A stretch of DNA of 64,000 bases, taken from positions 3,709 through 67,708 of the forward strand of contig DBGDFS010000030.1 of assembly GCA_048342015.1 (NCBI GenBank). Reading direction: 5' to 3'. This DNA comes from Collinsella sp. Its GTDB lineage: Bacteria > Actinomycetota > Coriobacteriia > Coriobacteriales > Coriobacteriaceae. Positions 8,650 through 18,622 of the stretch are shown here, in pieces (position 1 is the first letter of the stretch; every line of letters starts with the position of its first letter). The position numbers and the translations under genes are program-made. The notes under the pieces are model-generated. The model saw only the letters and a list, made by a program, of their open reading frames with translations. It was not told where the DNA came from and did no database searches.

Positions 8650-11331
8650 CTACTCCTTCTCCACCGCGCGCATGATCGCCTTGTAGATCTCCATCAACGG
8701 GATGATCAGGAAGGCCAGACCCAGCGCGGCAAGAACGCCCTTGAGCTCAAGCGTCACAGGGCCAAAGAACATCTCGGCAAGCGTCGTCTGCACGGTCACG
8801 ATCACCGTCAGCACCAGTGCCAGCGCGGCAGAAGCCCACAGCCACTTGTTCTGCTTCTTCATGGTGAACAGCGACGCACGACGGCTGCGCATATTGAAGC
8901 AGTGGAATATCTCGACCATGTTGAGCGTGATGAACGCCATCATCACGCCTTCCTCGTCGGCATTGCCGGCGATCATATCGGCGATGTGGATGTAGCCCAT
9001 GTCAAAGTACACGCCCACAAAGAAGCTCGCCAGCACCAGCACGGTGATGATCAGGCCCTGGACCACGCAGTCCAGACCCATATGTCCGGCAAAGACACCG
9101 TCCTTGGCGTTGCGCGGCTTGCGCTTCATGATGTCGCCCTCGGCATCCTCCATGCCCAGCGCGAGCGCGGGGAAGCAGTCGGTGACCAGGTTCACCCACA
9201 GCAGCTGCACCGGCTGGAAGATGGTAAAGCCGATGAGCGTGGCGATAAACACCGAGAATACCTCGGCAAGGTTGGCCGAAAGCAGGAACTGGATGACCTT
9301 GCGGATGTTGTCGTAGATGCGGCGACCCTCTTCGCAAGCACCGATGATGGTGGCGAAGTTGTCGTCGGCAAGCACCATGTCGGCAACGTTCTTGGTGACA
9401 TCGGTACCGGTGATGCCCATGCCCACGCCGATGTCGGCGCGCTTGATGGACGGGGCGTCGTTGACGCCGTCGCCCGTCATGGCCACGATCTGGTCGCGCG
9501 ACTTCCAAGCCTCGACGATGCGTGTCTTATGCTCGGGCTGGACGCGGGCGTACACGCCGTAGTCCTCGATGTGCGCGTCGAGCTCCTCGTCGCTCATGCG
9601 ATCGAGGTCGGCACCGGTGATGGCATGGCTGCGATCGGTGACGATGCCCAGCTGCTTGGCGATGGCCACGGCGGTGTCGATGTGGTCGCCCGTGATCATG
9701 ACGGTGCGGATACCGGCGTCGTGCGCCTCGCGGATGGCGTCGCCGACCTCGGGGCGGACCGGGTCAATCATGCCGGACAGGCCGCAAAAGACCAGGTCAT
9801 GCTCGAGCGCGGCGGGGCTGCAGTCGGCCGGGACCTCGGTGTAGGTGCGGCTTGCCAGCGCCAGCACGCGCAGGGCCTCGTCGGCCATGGCCTTGTTGGC
9901 GGCCACGAGCTCGGCACGACGCTCCTCGGTCAGTGGAACGACCTTGTCGCCCTCGTAGATATGGGTGCACAGGCCGATCACCACATCGGGCGCGCCCTTG
10001 GTGTACTGCTCATACTCGCCGTCCAGGGTCTCGACGACCACGGACATCATCTTACGGCCCGAGTCAAACGGGGCCTCGCCCACGCGCGGATGCTCGGCAG
10101 TCAGGCCAGTGAGGCCCGCCTTGCCGGCATCGTTGACAAGCGCGCACTCAGTCGGCTCGCCCACGGCCTCGCCCAGCTCCTCGTCCCACTGAGCATCGGA
10201 GCACAGCGCCATGCCGGCCAGGAACTTCTCCTTGGGCGCAGCGAGCTCGTGCTTGACGACGGTCATCTTGTTTTGGGTAAGGGTGCCGGTCTTGTCGGAG
10301 CAGATGGTCTGCGTGCAGCCAAGGGTCTCGACGGCAGAGAGCTTGCGGATAATCGCCTGGCGCTTGGCCATCTTGGTCACGCCAAGCGACAGCACGATGG
10401 TCACGACGGCGACCAGACCCTCGGGGATGGCAGCGACGGCGAGCGAGACAGCGACCATAAAGGTGTCGAGCAAGGCAGTCGGATCGGTAAGGACGTTGCC
10501 CACGCCGTGGCGGAGGATGTCAACGCCAAAGATCACGACGCAGATGATAATCACCATGATGGTGAGGATGCGGCTGAGCTCGGCAAGCTTCACCTGCAGC
10601 GGCGTGAGCTCTTCCTTGGCCTCGGCCAGGGCGCCGGCGATCTTACCCATCTCGGTGTTCATGCCGGTGCCGACCACGACGGCGCGGCCGCGGCCGTATA
10701 CCACGGTGGAACCCATGTAGCACATGTTCTTGCGGTCGCCGAGCGGCACGTCGTCGGTGCCGGCGGCGAGCTCAATGACGTTGGCATGCTTCTCGACGGG
10801 CACAGACTCGCCGGTAAGGGCGGCCTCCTCGATCTTCATCGTGGCGCTCTCGAGCACGCGGCAGTCGGCCGGGACGGAGTCGCCCGCCTCGAGCATGATC
10901 ACATCGCCGGGCACGAGCTCGGCGCTCGGCAGGTGCACGAGCTTGCCGTCGCGCAGCACCTTGGACTGCGCCGCGCTCATCTCCTGCAGGGCCTCGAGGG
11001 CCTCCTCGCTTTTAGCCTCCTGAACCACGCCCAGCACCGAGTTGACGATAACGACGAACATGATGATGGCGACATCGGCAAAGTCCGCCTCGCCCTTGAC
11101 CATGCCCGTGAGCGCGCTGATGACGGCGGCAACGATCAGCATGATGACCATGGGGTCGGCCATCTGCTCAAAGAAGCGCTTCCACAACGGGGTCTTCTCG
11201 GCTTCCTCGAGCTTGTTAGGGCCTGTCTTGGCGAGGCGCGACGACGCCTCGTCGTTGCTCAGGCCGAGGTTCTCATCGACACCTTGGTCGCTGAGCACCT
11301 CCGCCGCGGCGGACAGGTATTCCTTTTGCAT
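8650..11331 (-). CDS. Cation-transporting P-type ATPase (P2A, Ca2+/Mn2+-type)
   Basis: LTGES, IPEGL, CSDKTGTLT, KGAP, MITGD, MTGDGVNDAP, QLLWVNLVTD. Confidence 0.93.
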   Translation of the reverse strand: MQKEYLSAAAEVLSDQGVDENLGLSNDEASSRLAKTGPNKLEEAEKTPLWKRFFEQMADPMVIMLIVAAVISALTGMVKGEADFADVAIIMFVVIVNSVLGVVQEAKSEEALEALQEMSAAQSKVLRDGKLVHLPSAELVPGDVIMLEAGDSVPADCRVLESATMKIEEAALTGESVPVEKHANVIELAAGTDDVPLGDRKNMCYMGSTVVYGRGRAVVVGTGMNTEMGKIAGALAEAKEELTPLQVKLAELSRILTIMVIIICVVIFGVDILRHGVGNVLTDPTALLDTFMVAVSLAVAAIPEGLVAVVTIVLSLGVTKMAKRQAIIRKLSAVETLGCTQTICSDKTGTLTQNKMTVVKHELAAPKEKFLAGMALCSDAQWDEELGEAVGEPTECALVNDAGKAGLTGLTAEHPRVGEAPFDSGRKMMSVVVETLDGEYEQYTKGAPDVVIGLCTHIYEGDKVVPLTEERRAELVAANKAMADEALRVLALASRTYTEVPADCSPAALEHDLVFCGLSGMIDPVRPEVGDAIREAHDAGIRTVMITGDHIDTAVAIAKQLGIVTDRSHAITGADLDRMSDEELDAHIEDYGVYARVQPEHKTRIVEAWKSRDQIVAMTGDGVNDAPSIKRADIGVGMGITGTDVTKNVADMVLADDNFATIIGACEEGRRIYDNIRKVIQFLLSANLAEVFSVFIATLIGFTIFQPVQLLWVNLVTDCFPALALGMEDAEGDIMKRKPRNAKDGVFAGHMGLDCVVQGLIITVLVLASFFVGVYFDMGYIHIADMIAGNADEEGVMMAFITLNMVEIFHCFNMRSRRASLFTMKKQNKWLWASAALALVLTVIVTVQTTLAEMFFGPVTLELKGVLAALGLAFLIIPLMEIYKAIMRAVEKE

Positions 11332-11443
11332 ATAGAGTCCCCTCCTGGGATTCGGGCCACTCAGCAGATTGATGCCCGATCATAATTCCCAGGAGAAGGG
11401 CAAGGGCTCATCAAGGCTGCCGTGCTGAGCGGCAGTTGATAGT
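11332..11443 (-). promoter_or_regulatory. Structured 5' leader sequestering the ATPase RBS (candidate cis-regulatory RNA)
   Basis: CTCCTGGGAATT pairs with AATCCCAGGAG (includes SD); upstream hairpin loop complementary to downstream loop; -10-like TACCAT at 11455-11450. Confidence 0.5.
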
Positions 11444-11773
11444 GGAGCTATGGTACCCCAAAGCGGCGCGTCTAGCCAAAACATTCCAATTGGAAACACG
11501 GCTCGAGTGCAACGATGCAGACCGTGTGATGCTCAACATTGATAAAACGTTTTTTCTTCGGCGCATCGTCAAACTGAAATATCGCCCAGATAGCAGCGGT
11601 CAGAACGGTTGGTAAAGATTTTTCATATACCGTTTTTACCGCAAAAAAAGAACTTCTAATTCGGCATACGGTCGATTTTTGAGGGTATTCGGTCGTCATT
11701 TCGTTATAATCATCTCAGTTTTATTTCTTATGGTTTATCTATCAGCGCAAGACGATGTCAGATGGAGGTCTGA

Positions 11774-13234
11774 ATGTACAAGCGCACCAAGATTGTATGC
11801 ACCATGGGTCCCGCCTGCGATAGCGACGAGACCATCCGCGAGATGATCAAGGCGGGCATGAACGTCGCCCGTTTTAACTTCTCGCACGGATCCTACGACG
11901 AGCACCACGGTCGCATCGAGCGCGTCCGTCGTATTTCCAAGGAGCTCGGTATGCCCGTCGGCATCCTGCTCGACACCAAGGGCCCCGAGGTCCGCACCGG
12001 CCTTCTGGTCGACGGCAAGAAGGTTGCCGTCAAGACCGGCGACAAGATCGTCGTTACTGCTCAGCCCACGACCGAGGATTTCCACGGCACCGCTGAGCAC
12101 ATCTCCCTCGACTACCTGGCTCTGCCCTCCGAGGTCGAGAAGGGCTCCCTCATCCTGATCGATGACGGCCTGGTTGCCCTTGAGGTCGAGTCCGTCAGCG
12201 GCCAGGACATGACCTGCGTCGTCAAGAATGACGGCCTGATCGGCGAGCGCAAGGGCGTCAACATGCCCAACGTCAACATCTCGCTGCCCGCCATCACCGA
12301 GCGCGATCGTCAGGACATCCTCTTTGGCCTGACCGAGAACATCGACTACATCGCCGCTTCCTTCATCCGTGACGGCGAGTCCGTCCGCGGCATCCGCGAG
12401 CTTTGCCGCGAGAACGGCGGCGAGCACGTGACGATCTTCCCGAAGATCGAGTGCGCCCTGGGCGTCGAGAACTTCGACGAGATCCTCGAGGCTTCCGACG
12501 GCATCATGGTCGCCCGTGGCGACCTGGGCATCGAGATCAAGCCCGAGCTCGTTCCGCACATCCAGAAGGAGATCATCGCCAAGTGCAACGCGGCCTACAA
12601 GCCCGTTATCACCGCTACGCAGATGCTCGACTCCATGCAGCAGAACCCGCGCCCGACGCGCGCCGAGGTTGCCGACGTTGCTAACGCCATCTACGACGGC
12701 ACCGACGCCGTTATGCTCTCTGGCGAGTCCGCTGCCGGTAAGTACCCGGTCGAGGCCGTTAAGATGCAGGCCAGCATTGCTCTCGAGGCCGAGAAGTACC
12801 TCCCGGCCCACGCTCCGCTCGAGGTTCCGGCCGACGCTCACGGCACCCGCGTCGTCAACAACGTTGTGGGTATGTCCGCTGTGAACATGGCCACCACCGT
12901 TGGCGCCAAGTGCATCACCGTGCCGACGACCACCGGTCGTACCGCCCGCCTGATCTCGCACTTCCGTCCCAACATGCCGATCTGCGCGTTCTCCCGCCAC
13001 GAGTGGGCCGTCCAGCAGATGATCATGTACTGGGGCGTTATCCCGCACCAAGCCGAGATTACTCAGGGCACCGTCAACGGCACGATCGTCAAGGCGATCG
13101 AGACCGCTAAGGAGCTCGGCTACGTCGAGGCCGGCGATCTGACCGTCGCTACCGCCGGCGATCCCCGCATGAGCGTCCAGCTCGAGGATAAGGTCTCCTC
13201 GACCAACGTCGCTTACGTCGCTCAGGTGCGCTAA
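11774..13234 (+). CDS. pyk: Pyruvate kinase
   Basis: RTKIVCTMGPA, ARFNFSHG, DTKGPEVRTG, MVARGDLG, ATQMLDSM, MLSGESA. Confidence 0.97.
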   Translation: MYKRTKIVCTMGPACDSDETIREMIKAGMNVARFNFSHGSYDEHHGRIERVRRISKELGMPVGILLDTKGPEVRTGLLVDGKKVAVKTGDKIVVTAQPTTEDFHGTAEHISLDYLALPSEVEKGSLILIDDGLVALEVESVSGQDMTCVVKNDGLIGERKGVNMPNVNISLPAITERDRQDILFGLTENIDYIAASFIRDGESVRGIRELCRENGGEHVTIFPKIECALGVENFDEILEASDGIMVARGDLGIEIKPELVPHIQKEIIAKCNAAYKPVITATQMLDSMQQNPRPTRAEVADVANAIYDGTDAVMLSGESAAGKYPVEAVKMQASIALEAEKYLPAHAPLEVPADAHGTRVVNNVVGMSAVNMATTVGAKCITVPTTTGRTARLISHFRPNMPICAFSRHEWAVQQMIMYWGVIPHQAEITQGTVNGTIVKAIETAKELGYVEAGDLTVATAGDPRMSVQLEDKVSSTNVAYVAQVR

Positions 13235-13262
13235 ATCGTACTTGCAAGCAAATTTGCATTGC

Positions 13263-13299
13263 AAAGGGCCCGGAAGGCATTGCCTTTCGGGCCCTTTTT
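13263..13299 (+). terminator. Intrinsic terminator after pyk
   Basis: GGGCCCGGAAGGC/GCCTTTCGGGCCC stem followed by T-tract. Confidence 0.8.
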
Positions 13300-13482
13300 C
13301 TGTGCACCGATGCCTACCGCACGACATGGCACGCACCCATTTCATTACCAAAAGCGCGAAATCCGCCCTCCGAGGCCCAAAAAATAAAGCCCCAAGCGCT
13401 AAAAGTGTTCGCCCGGTGGCAAACCCACACCTCACACAGGGCTGATAAATCGTTTTAGCAAGAACCAAATCGACCTGGTTTT

Positions 13483-13606
13483 CGGAAGTATGCGGCAAAT
13501 TCTGGAACCTCCGAGCACACCCTGTTTTTTCGCAACAAAATGCCTGATAAACTAGCCTCAAAAGCCAGGTCCGCTCATAGGGTTCAGATTTTGCCGCATA
13601 CTTCCG
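13483..13606. repeat. ~26 bp inverted repeat pair with ~70 bp spacer
   Basis: CGGAAGTATGCGGCAAATTCTGGAACC (13483-13509) vs GGTTCAGATTTTGCCGCATACTTCCG (13581-13606). Confidence 0.75.
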
Positions 13607-13660
13607 GATTGACGCTGGCATCACTCGCTTCAAAGAGATGATTTCGGCCAGGAGGGCATT

Positions 13661-14734
13661 ATGGACCTGACGCTTTGTGGGCAATCCGCCTTTAACTACT
13701 ACCGCATCCCGCCGCAGGTATTAGGCCTTTACCCCGCCATTAGCCTTGGCAATATGGATCGCAGATGTTGTGGCCTCGGAAGTCATGCAGTTGTAAAAGA
13801 CCTGCTTCACGCACCACTTCACAGGCTTGTATTCACTCGGGCACAATCCGGGTCGCGAAGCCTGTTTAAATCGCACCTCCTGACCCAAGAACCACCTCCG
13901 GGGTCGTTTAGGCAGACTGAACATGGGTTTGATGTCACGTCACCGGAGTTCACGCTGCTCAACCTTGCTACGCAGGTTTCACGCAACCAGTTACTCATGG
14001 CTTGCTACGAGATGTGCGGCTCCTTTGCAGTGCTTAAGCCCTGCGAGCGAACGCAACAACAACTCGATGAAGCTATTTCGCTTAAGTTCATTCCACCCAA
14101 CTGCGGGTGGGAGCGAGTTAGCGACACCAAGGGCAATGACACCAACTTGTGGAAGCGCACGCCGCTTCTTACCGCAACGGATATCGCCGCGTTCGCCAAG
14201 CAAGCCGCAGGCCTGCGCGGCGTCAAACAACTGCGCTGGGCGGCCGAGCACATGACGGGGCAGGCCGCCTCGCCCTTCGAAGTACAGACCTCCATGCTTA
14301 TCTCGCTCCCCCGCGACGAGGGCGGTCAGGGCATCGAGATCGCCAACAACGCGCGCATCCCGCTCAGTGAAGCCGCACGTTCGCTGTATGACAAAACCTG
14401 CTGCTACGCCGATATCCTCATCGAAAGCGTCACCGACAGCATGGGCGTCATTCTGGAATGCCAAGGCCGCTCTGCCCACGACAGCGAAGCCGCGAGCCTC
14501 TCCGATGCCGAGCGCGCCACCGCACTCACAAGCATGGGCTACGACGTCATCCAAATTACCTATGACCAGATCAAGGAGAAGAAGAGCTTCGACCACATAG
14601 CCGAGCTCATCCATAAAAAGGCCGGGCTTCCCCACATCCCAAAGACCAAACAGGAGCGCATTGCCGAAGATACCTTACGGCAAGAGCTACTTGTCGATTG
14701 GGTTGAGCTATTCACTGCCGGGCCGGCCAGCTAG
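13661..14734 (+). CDS. Hypothetical protein with C-terminal DUF559/Vsr-like PD-(D/E)XK domain
   Basis: GGAGG RBS; VTSPEFT, ASPFE, YADIL...ILECQG...H, D-x-ER-x-x-AL...GYDVIQITYDQI pattern. Confidence 0.65.
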   Translation: MDLTLCGQSAFNYYRIPPQVLGLYPAISLGNMDRRCCGLGSHAVVKDLLHAPLHRLVFTRAQSGSRSLFKSHLLTQEPPPGSFRQTEHGFDVTSPEFTLLNLATQVSRNQLLMACYEMCGSFAVLKPCERTQQQLDEAISLKFIPPNCGWERVSDTKGNDTNLWKRTPLLTATDIAAFAKQAAGLRGVKQLRWAAEHMTGQAASPFEVQTSMLISLPRDEGGQGIEIANNARIPLSEAARSLYDKTCCYADILIESVTDSMGVILECQGRSAHDSEAASLSDAERATALTSMGYDVIQITYDQIKEKKSFDHIAELIHKKAGLPHIPKTKQERIAEDTLRQELLVDWVELFTAGPAS

Positions 14735-15579
14735 CAGCTAGCAATCAGGGGCAGCGCAGGCACATCGGGCGATTCGACACGGGCGGCAAAACCCGCCTCG
14801 GTCAGCTCGATGACCTCGGTAAACGTCGCGTCGAAGAATTCCTCGGTCAGCAGGCGGTATGGCGGATGGTCGGGCTCGCCGGGGTTTTCGCGTACAATCT
14901 CGTGCATAACGCCAATGGTCTTGAGCACATACTCCTTATGGATGGGATACTGACCAAAACGCGTCGCCGCAGTATACAGGCGATCGGTCGCGCGCGGAAT
15001 CGAAACGATCCCGAGCGTCTTGCCAAACCAGTCAAAGTCGCCTTGCTTTTTAATGCGGAATTCCTCGCACGGCTTGCCGCCGTGCGCCTCCAGGTACTGA
15101 TTCACGCGCGTATTCCACACGGTATCGGCCACGAGGTGAGACCAAACGCCCAGCGTCAGATCGAGCAGCGACTGCGCCACGTCATCGGGCGCGAGCGAAA
15201 GCTCGCTAGCACCGGGACCGGCAACCGGCTCGGCATCCTTGTAGCGTTGGGGATAATGTACCCGATTGAGTCGCTCACGCTCCTCGACAATCGAGGTCGC
15301 GGCAGCCGGCGTACCAACAGGCGCCCCTTTAAGCAACGGTGCCACATAGGTATCCCAGAACTCATGCTCACGAGGCTTAGGGATAGGCTCGGGCTTTGCA
15401 AAGTGCGTAATGCGGTACGGGATGGGATCGGCGATGCCAGGGACCATATAGCCCACGAAGATATCCGGAACCACGCAGCCAAACAAAAAGGCATTGCGGT
15501 CGCGCACGCTATTGGCAAGCGCACCAGTGCGCTCCAGCAAACGCTCCGTCTGAGCGATATGAATGTTCCAGCTTGGCAT
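14731..15579 (-). CDS. Zinc-dependent phospholipase C-like family protein
   Basis: MPSWNIH, FLFGCVVPDI, THF, LGVWSHLVAD metal-ligand pattern. Confidence 0.6.
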   Translation of the reverse strand: MPSWNIHIAQTERLLERTGALANSVRDRNAFLFGCVVPDIFVGYMVPGIADPIPYRITHFAKPEPIPKPREHEFWDTYVAPLLKGAPVGTPAAATSIVEERERLNRVHYPQRYKDAEPVAGPGASELSLAPDDVAQSLLDLTLGVWSHLVADTVWNTRVNQYLEAHGGKPCEEFRIKKQGDFDWFGKTLGIVSIPRATDRLYTAATRFGQYPIHKEYVLKTIGVMHEIVRENPGEPDHPPYRLLTEEFFDATFTEVIELTEAGFAARVESPDVPALPLIASC

Positions 15580-15659
15580 AGCCACCCCCATAAAAAACCT
15601 GGATAACTATACCATCACGGCAAAGCCGCGCAGGCGGCTACGCACGCTCTACGCAGCAA

Positions 15660-16454
15660 CTAGTCCGTAGCACCGCTTTCGGTTCCATACGACGGCGAAG
15701 GCGCCTCGACCACATGGTGATATCGATCGATATAGATTGCACGGGCACCCAGGCGTCGCACCAAATCCTGGTGATGCGTGCTCATCAAGACCGTCTTACC
15801 CGCCGCGACGTAGGCCAGCAAGAAGTTGACCACGATGTCGCATGAATCCTCGTCGAGCCCATTGGTGGGTTCGTCGAGAACCAAGATATCGGGGTTCATC
15901 GATACGACTGCCGCCAGCGCCACACGCTTCTTTTGCCCACCCGAAAGCTGATAGGGCGAGGCATCGACCAGGTCGGCAACTTGAAACAGTTCCATGGCAT
16001 CGTGCACGCGACGGTCGAGCTCGTCTGCCGGCAGCCCCATTTGAGCCGGTCCAAAAGCGACCTCCTCACCGACCGTGGCGCAGAACAGCTGGGCATCGGC
16101 GTTTTGGAATACGAAGCCTACGCGCTGGTGGAACTTCTGAGCAGCAGCAGAATCCTTCAGATACGCCGCATCGACCACGCGTCCGTCAAACAGGTATGCG
16201 CCGGCATCCGCGAGCTCAAGGCCGTTGATAAGACGCATGATTGTCGTCTTGCCGCAGCCGTTGGGACCGAGCAGGGCAACGAGTTCACCACGATCGACCT
16301 GCAGCGACACGCCATCGACAACCGTATGCCCCGCATAGGAGAACACCACGTCGCGCAGCTCGATGAGCGGAACGACCTCGGCGCCGCCCACACCGTTCGT
16401 GCCCGCCGCACTATTCATATCGATCGTCAAAACGTCGCCCTTCCCCATTTGCAT
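15660..16454 (-). CDS. ECF transporter ATPase (NikO/CbiO)
   Basis: GPNGCGKTT, FQNADAQLF, LSGGQKKR, LDEPT. Confidence 0.9.
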   Translation of the reverse strand: MQMGKGDVLTIDMNSAAGTNGVGGAEVVPLIELRDVVFSYAGHTVVDGVSLQVDRGELVALLGPNGCGKTTIMRLINGLELADAGAYLFDGRVVDAAYLKDSAAAQKFHQRVGFVFQNADAQLFCATVGEEVAFGPAQMGLPADELDRRVHDAMELFQVADLVDASPYQLSGGQKKRVALAAVVSMNPDILVLDEPTNGLDEDSCDIVVNFLLAYVAAGKTVLMSTHHQDLVRRLGARAIYIDRYHHVVEAPSPSYGTESGATD

Positions 16455-16476
16455 CCCCAGTCGGAACCAGCAGCGC

Positions 16477-17313
16477 CTACAGCACGGCGCACAACACTGT
16501 CAGCAGCGCCACGCCGGCCGCATAGGCCGCATCGCGCCAGCCAAACCTGGCGCGCGCGGGAGCCGGATACGCACCGGCAAAGCCGCGGCAAAGCATAGCC
16601 TCGTCCATCGCGCGGCTGCATTTCATCGCCTTGATAAAGGTCATGCCCATGATACCCGCGATCGAATCGGTACGCGAAAATCCCTCGGGCGCACGGCCAA
16701 CGCTGCGCAGCATGACCGATTCGCACAGATCGTGCGCCGTACGACCCAGCACCTCGATGTGCTTGAGCGCCATATCAAACGTAAAGATAACTTCGTCGGG
16801 TAGATGCAGCATCTTGAGCGCCGCCGACATGCGGCTCCACGTGAGGGTCCACGAAGCGCCCAGCACCAGCGACACATTAATGAAGGTCTTGAGCGCAATC
16901 TTGAGCATGGCGCCCGTAGCGGAAGCACCCAGCAGCAGGGCAGGCAGCGCCAAAACCACTGCGAGCCCCGCGGCGCCAAGCGCCGGCACAAAGGTCGCGC
17001 GCAGCCCGCGTATGGGACGCACGGCAACGAGCACCAGCGCAATGGCCGCCATCAACATGAGGTACAGCGGGCTTTGTGTCAGGCACACGCACAGGACGCA
17101 AACGAATATCCCCACCAGGCGCACCGGAGCCGAAACGCAAGAAAGGGCGCGGTCGACCATCGACCCGCCCTCGTGCGCGCCTCCACCCAGGCGAACCCGC
17201 TCAAGCAGGCTCGCCAGGTGCAGGACGTTCTTTTGCATCACGCGATGACGAGCGCCCGTGGGCTCGTAACGCTGCTCGACCGCAAGCCAGCTAGGCAGCT
17301 CGACCATCGCCAT
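16477..17313 (-). CDS. ECF transporter T component (NikQ/CbiQ)
   Basis: Multi-TM; LKMLHLP, MLRS and AMLCRGF coupling-helix motifs. Confidence 0.85.
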   Translation of the reverse strand: MAMVELPSWLAVEQRYEPTGARHRVMQKNVLHLASLLERVRLGGGAHEGGSMVDRALSCVSAPVRLVGIFVCVLCVCLTQSPLYLMLMAAIALVLVAVRPIRGLRATFVPALGAAGLAVVLALPALLLGASATGAMLKIALKTFINVSLVLGASWTLTWSRMSAALKMLHLPDEVIFTFDMALKHIEVLGRTAHDLCESVMLRSVGRAPEGFSRTDSIAGIMGMTFIKAMKCSRAMDEAMLCRGFAGAYPAPARARFGWRDAAYAAGVALLTVLCAVL

Positions 17314-18376
17314 GGGCTCCGCTTTCCTTGACCGTCAGCGAGATCAGACGGAATGCGATGGTGAGCACCGCCACGCCAATCACGCCGGACAAGATATACA
17401 TGGCAGCCTGACCGGCAAAGCCGAGACCCTGCTCCTCGGAATAGGCCTGCAGGTAATCACCCGTAGGCAGAGCGTCGGCAAAGGTCGGGGTGTCGAGACC
17501 GACCGAAGCCTGCAGGCTGTCGTCGCCAGCCTCCTGAACGGCGGTCGCGGCGCCCTCGGCGTCCCACTCACCCCAGGCGTCACCCGTGGCCAGCAGGCCC
17601 AGCGGCGTGGCCACGACAAGCACGGCAACCAAGATGAGCGTGGGGACCAGCGAGGTCTTCTTTGCAGCAGCGCCCTCGGCAGCAAGCTGTCCATCGGCGG
17701 CTTCGGGGCCGACGATAACGCTCGGCGCCGTCTTCTTGATAAAGCCGTAGATCGCGGCAGTCGCCACGCCCTCGACCACGCCGGCTACCAACATATGCGG
17801 GATCATCATGGCCGGAATGGCAATGGACAGCGGGAAGGGGCAGTACAGCGGAGCGCCCGAAGCATTCGTGAAAAGCATCGGCTGAATACCAAACTCGATT
17901 GCTGCGCACAGGGCCGCCAGGCACAGGCCGACCCAGCCGCTTACGATGGCCGAAACCGAGGTGCCCCAGCTCTTGTCGTGCAAACGGCTGTTAAGCGCGC
18001 GGAACACGATGGCTGCGGCAAACGGCAACACGAAGGCCATGTTAAAGCAGTTAGCGCCAAAGGACAGGATGCCGCCGTCGCCAAACAGCAGCGCTTGCAG
18101 CGCCAGCGCGACCGAAACCGCGATAGCCGCGGCCTCGGGGCCCAGCAGCAGCGCGATGAGTGCGCCACCAACGGCGTGGCCAGTGGTGCCGCCGGGCAGC
18201 GGCACGTTGAACATCATAAGCAAGAAGGAAAATGCGGCGCAGATGCCCAGGAAAGCCATGTGCTCGCGATCGAGCGTGGCGCGCACCTTCTTGATACAGT
18301 GAGCCCAGACGGGCACCATCGCCACCGCCATGACGGCATCGGTCTGCGGGGACAGATAATTATCTGGAATGTGCAT
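17291..18376 (-). CDS. ECF Ni/Co S component, NikM-NikN type fusion (CbiM family)
   Basis: N-terminus MHIPDNYLSP, GGTTGHAVGG, GANCFNMA; C-terminal AWGEW extension with two further TMs. Confidence 0.88.
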   Translation of the reverse strand: MHIPDNYLSPQTDAVMAVAMVPVWAHCIKKVRATLDREHMAFLGICAAFSFLLMMFNVPLPGGTTGHAVGGALIALLLGPEAAAIAVSVALALQALLFGDGGILSFGANCFNMAFVLPFAAAIVFRALNSRLHDKSWGTSVSAIVSGWVGLCLAALCAAIEFGIQPMLFTNASGAPLYCPFPLSIAIPAMMIPHMLVAGVVEGVATAAIYGFIKKTAPSVIVGPEAADGQLAAEGAAAKKTSLVPTLILVAVLVVATPLGLLATGDAWGEWDAEGAATAVQEAGDDSLQASVGLDTPTFADALPTGDYLQAYSEEQGLGFAGQAAMYILSGVIGVAVLTIAFRLISLTVKESGAHGDGRAA

Positions 18377-18433
18377 GTACGCCTCCCGGTTATCGGCGCA
18401 CGGAATTGCAACGCCGCTTGAATCACCTTTCCA

Positions 18434-18461
18434 GTGTTACGTAATGTCAGATTCGTAACAC
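18434..18461. promoter_or_regulatory. NikR-like operator palindrome
   Basis: GTGTTACG-N12-CGTAACAC (GTGTTA-N16-TAACAC) about 60 bp upstream of the nikM-like start. Confidence 0.65.
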
Positions 18462-18622
18462 GCCGCGGGCTATCATAGCAAAACGGCGCACTGCCGACAA
18501 AGCAGCACGCCGTTATGTAATGCGCGTGTCATATATGCAGGCTCAACGGTGCCTTATACCGAAAACAGCAGTCACGTAGGACTCGGCAGCAGCCACCGCT
18601 GACCCATACCCCAGCGCAGGAC

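Noticed and set aside
8902..11385. 827 aa plus-strand ORF (and similar long ORFs at 11735-13684, 19292-21124, 24723-26129, 45200-46846, 57972-60557, 60610-63660)
   Set aside because: Antisense shadows of well-supported genes, expected from high-GC codon bias; no recognisable motifs
18377..18622. Cobalamin riboswitch before the CbiM-family gene
   Set aside because: No B12-box or other recognisable motifs; a protein-operator palindrome is present instead
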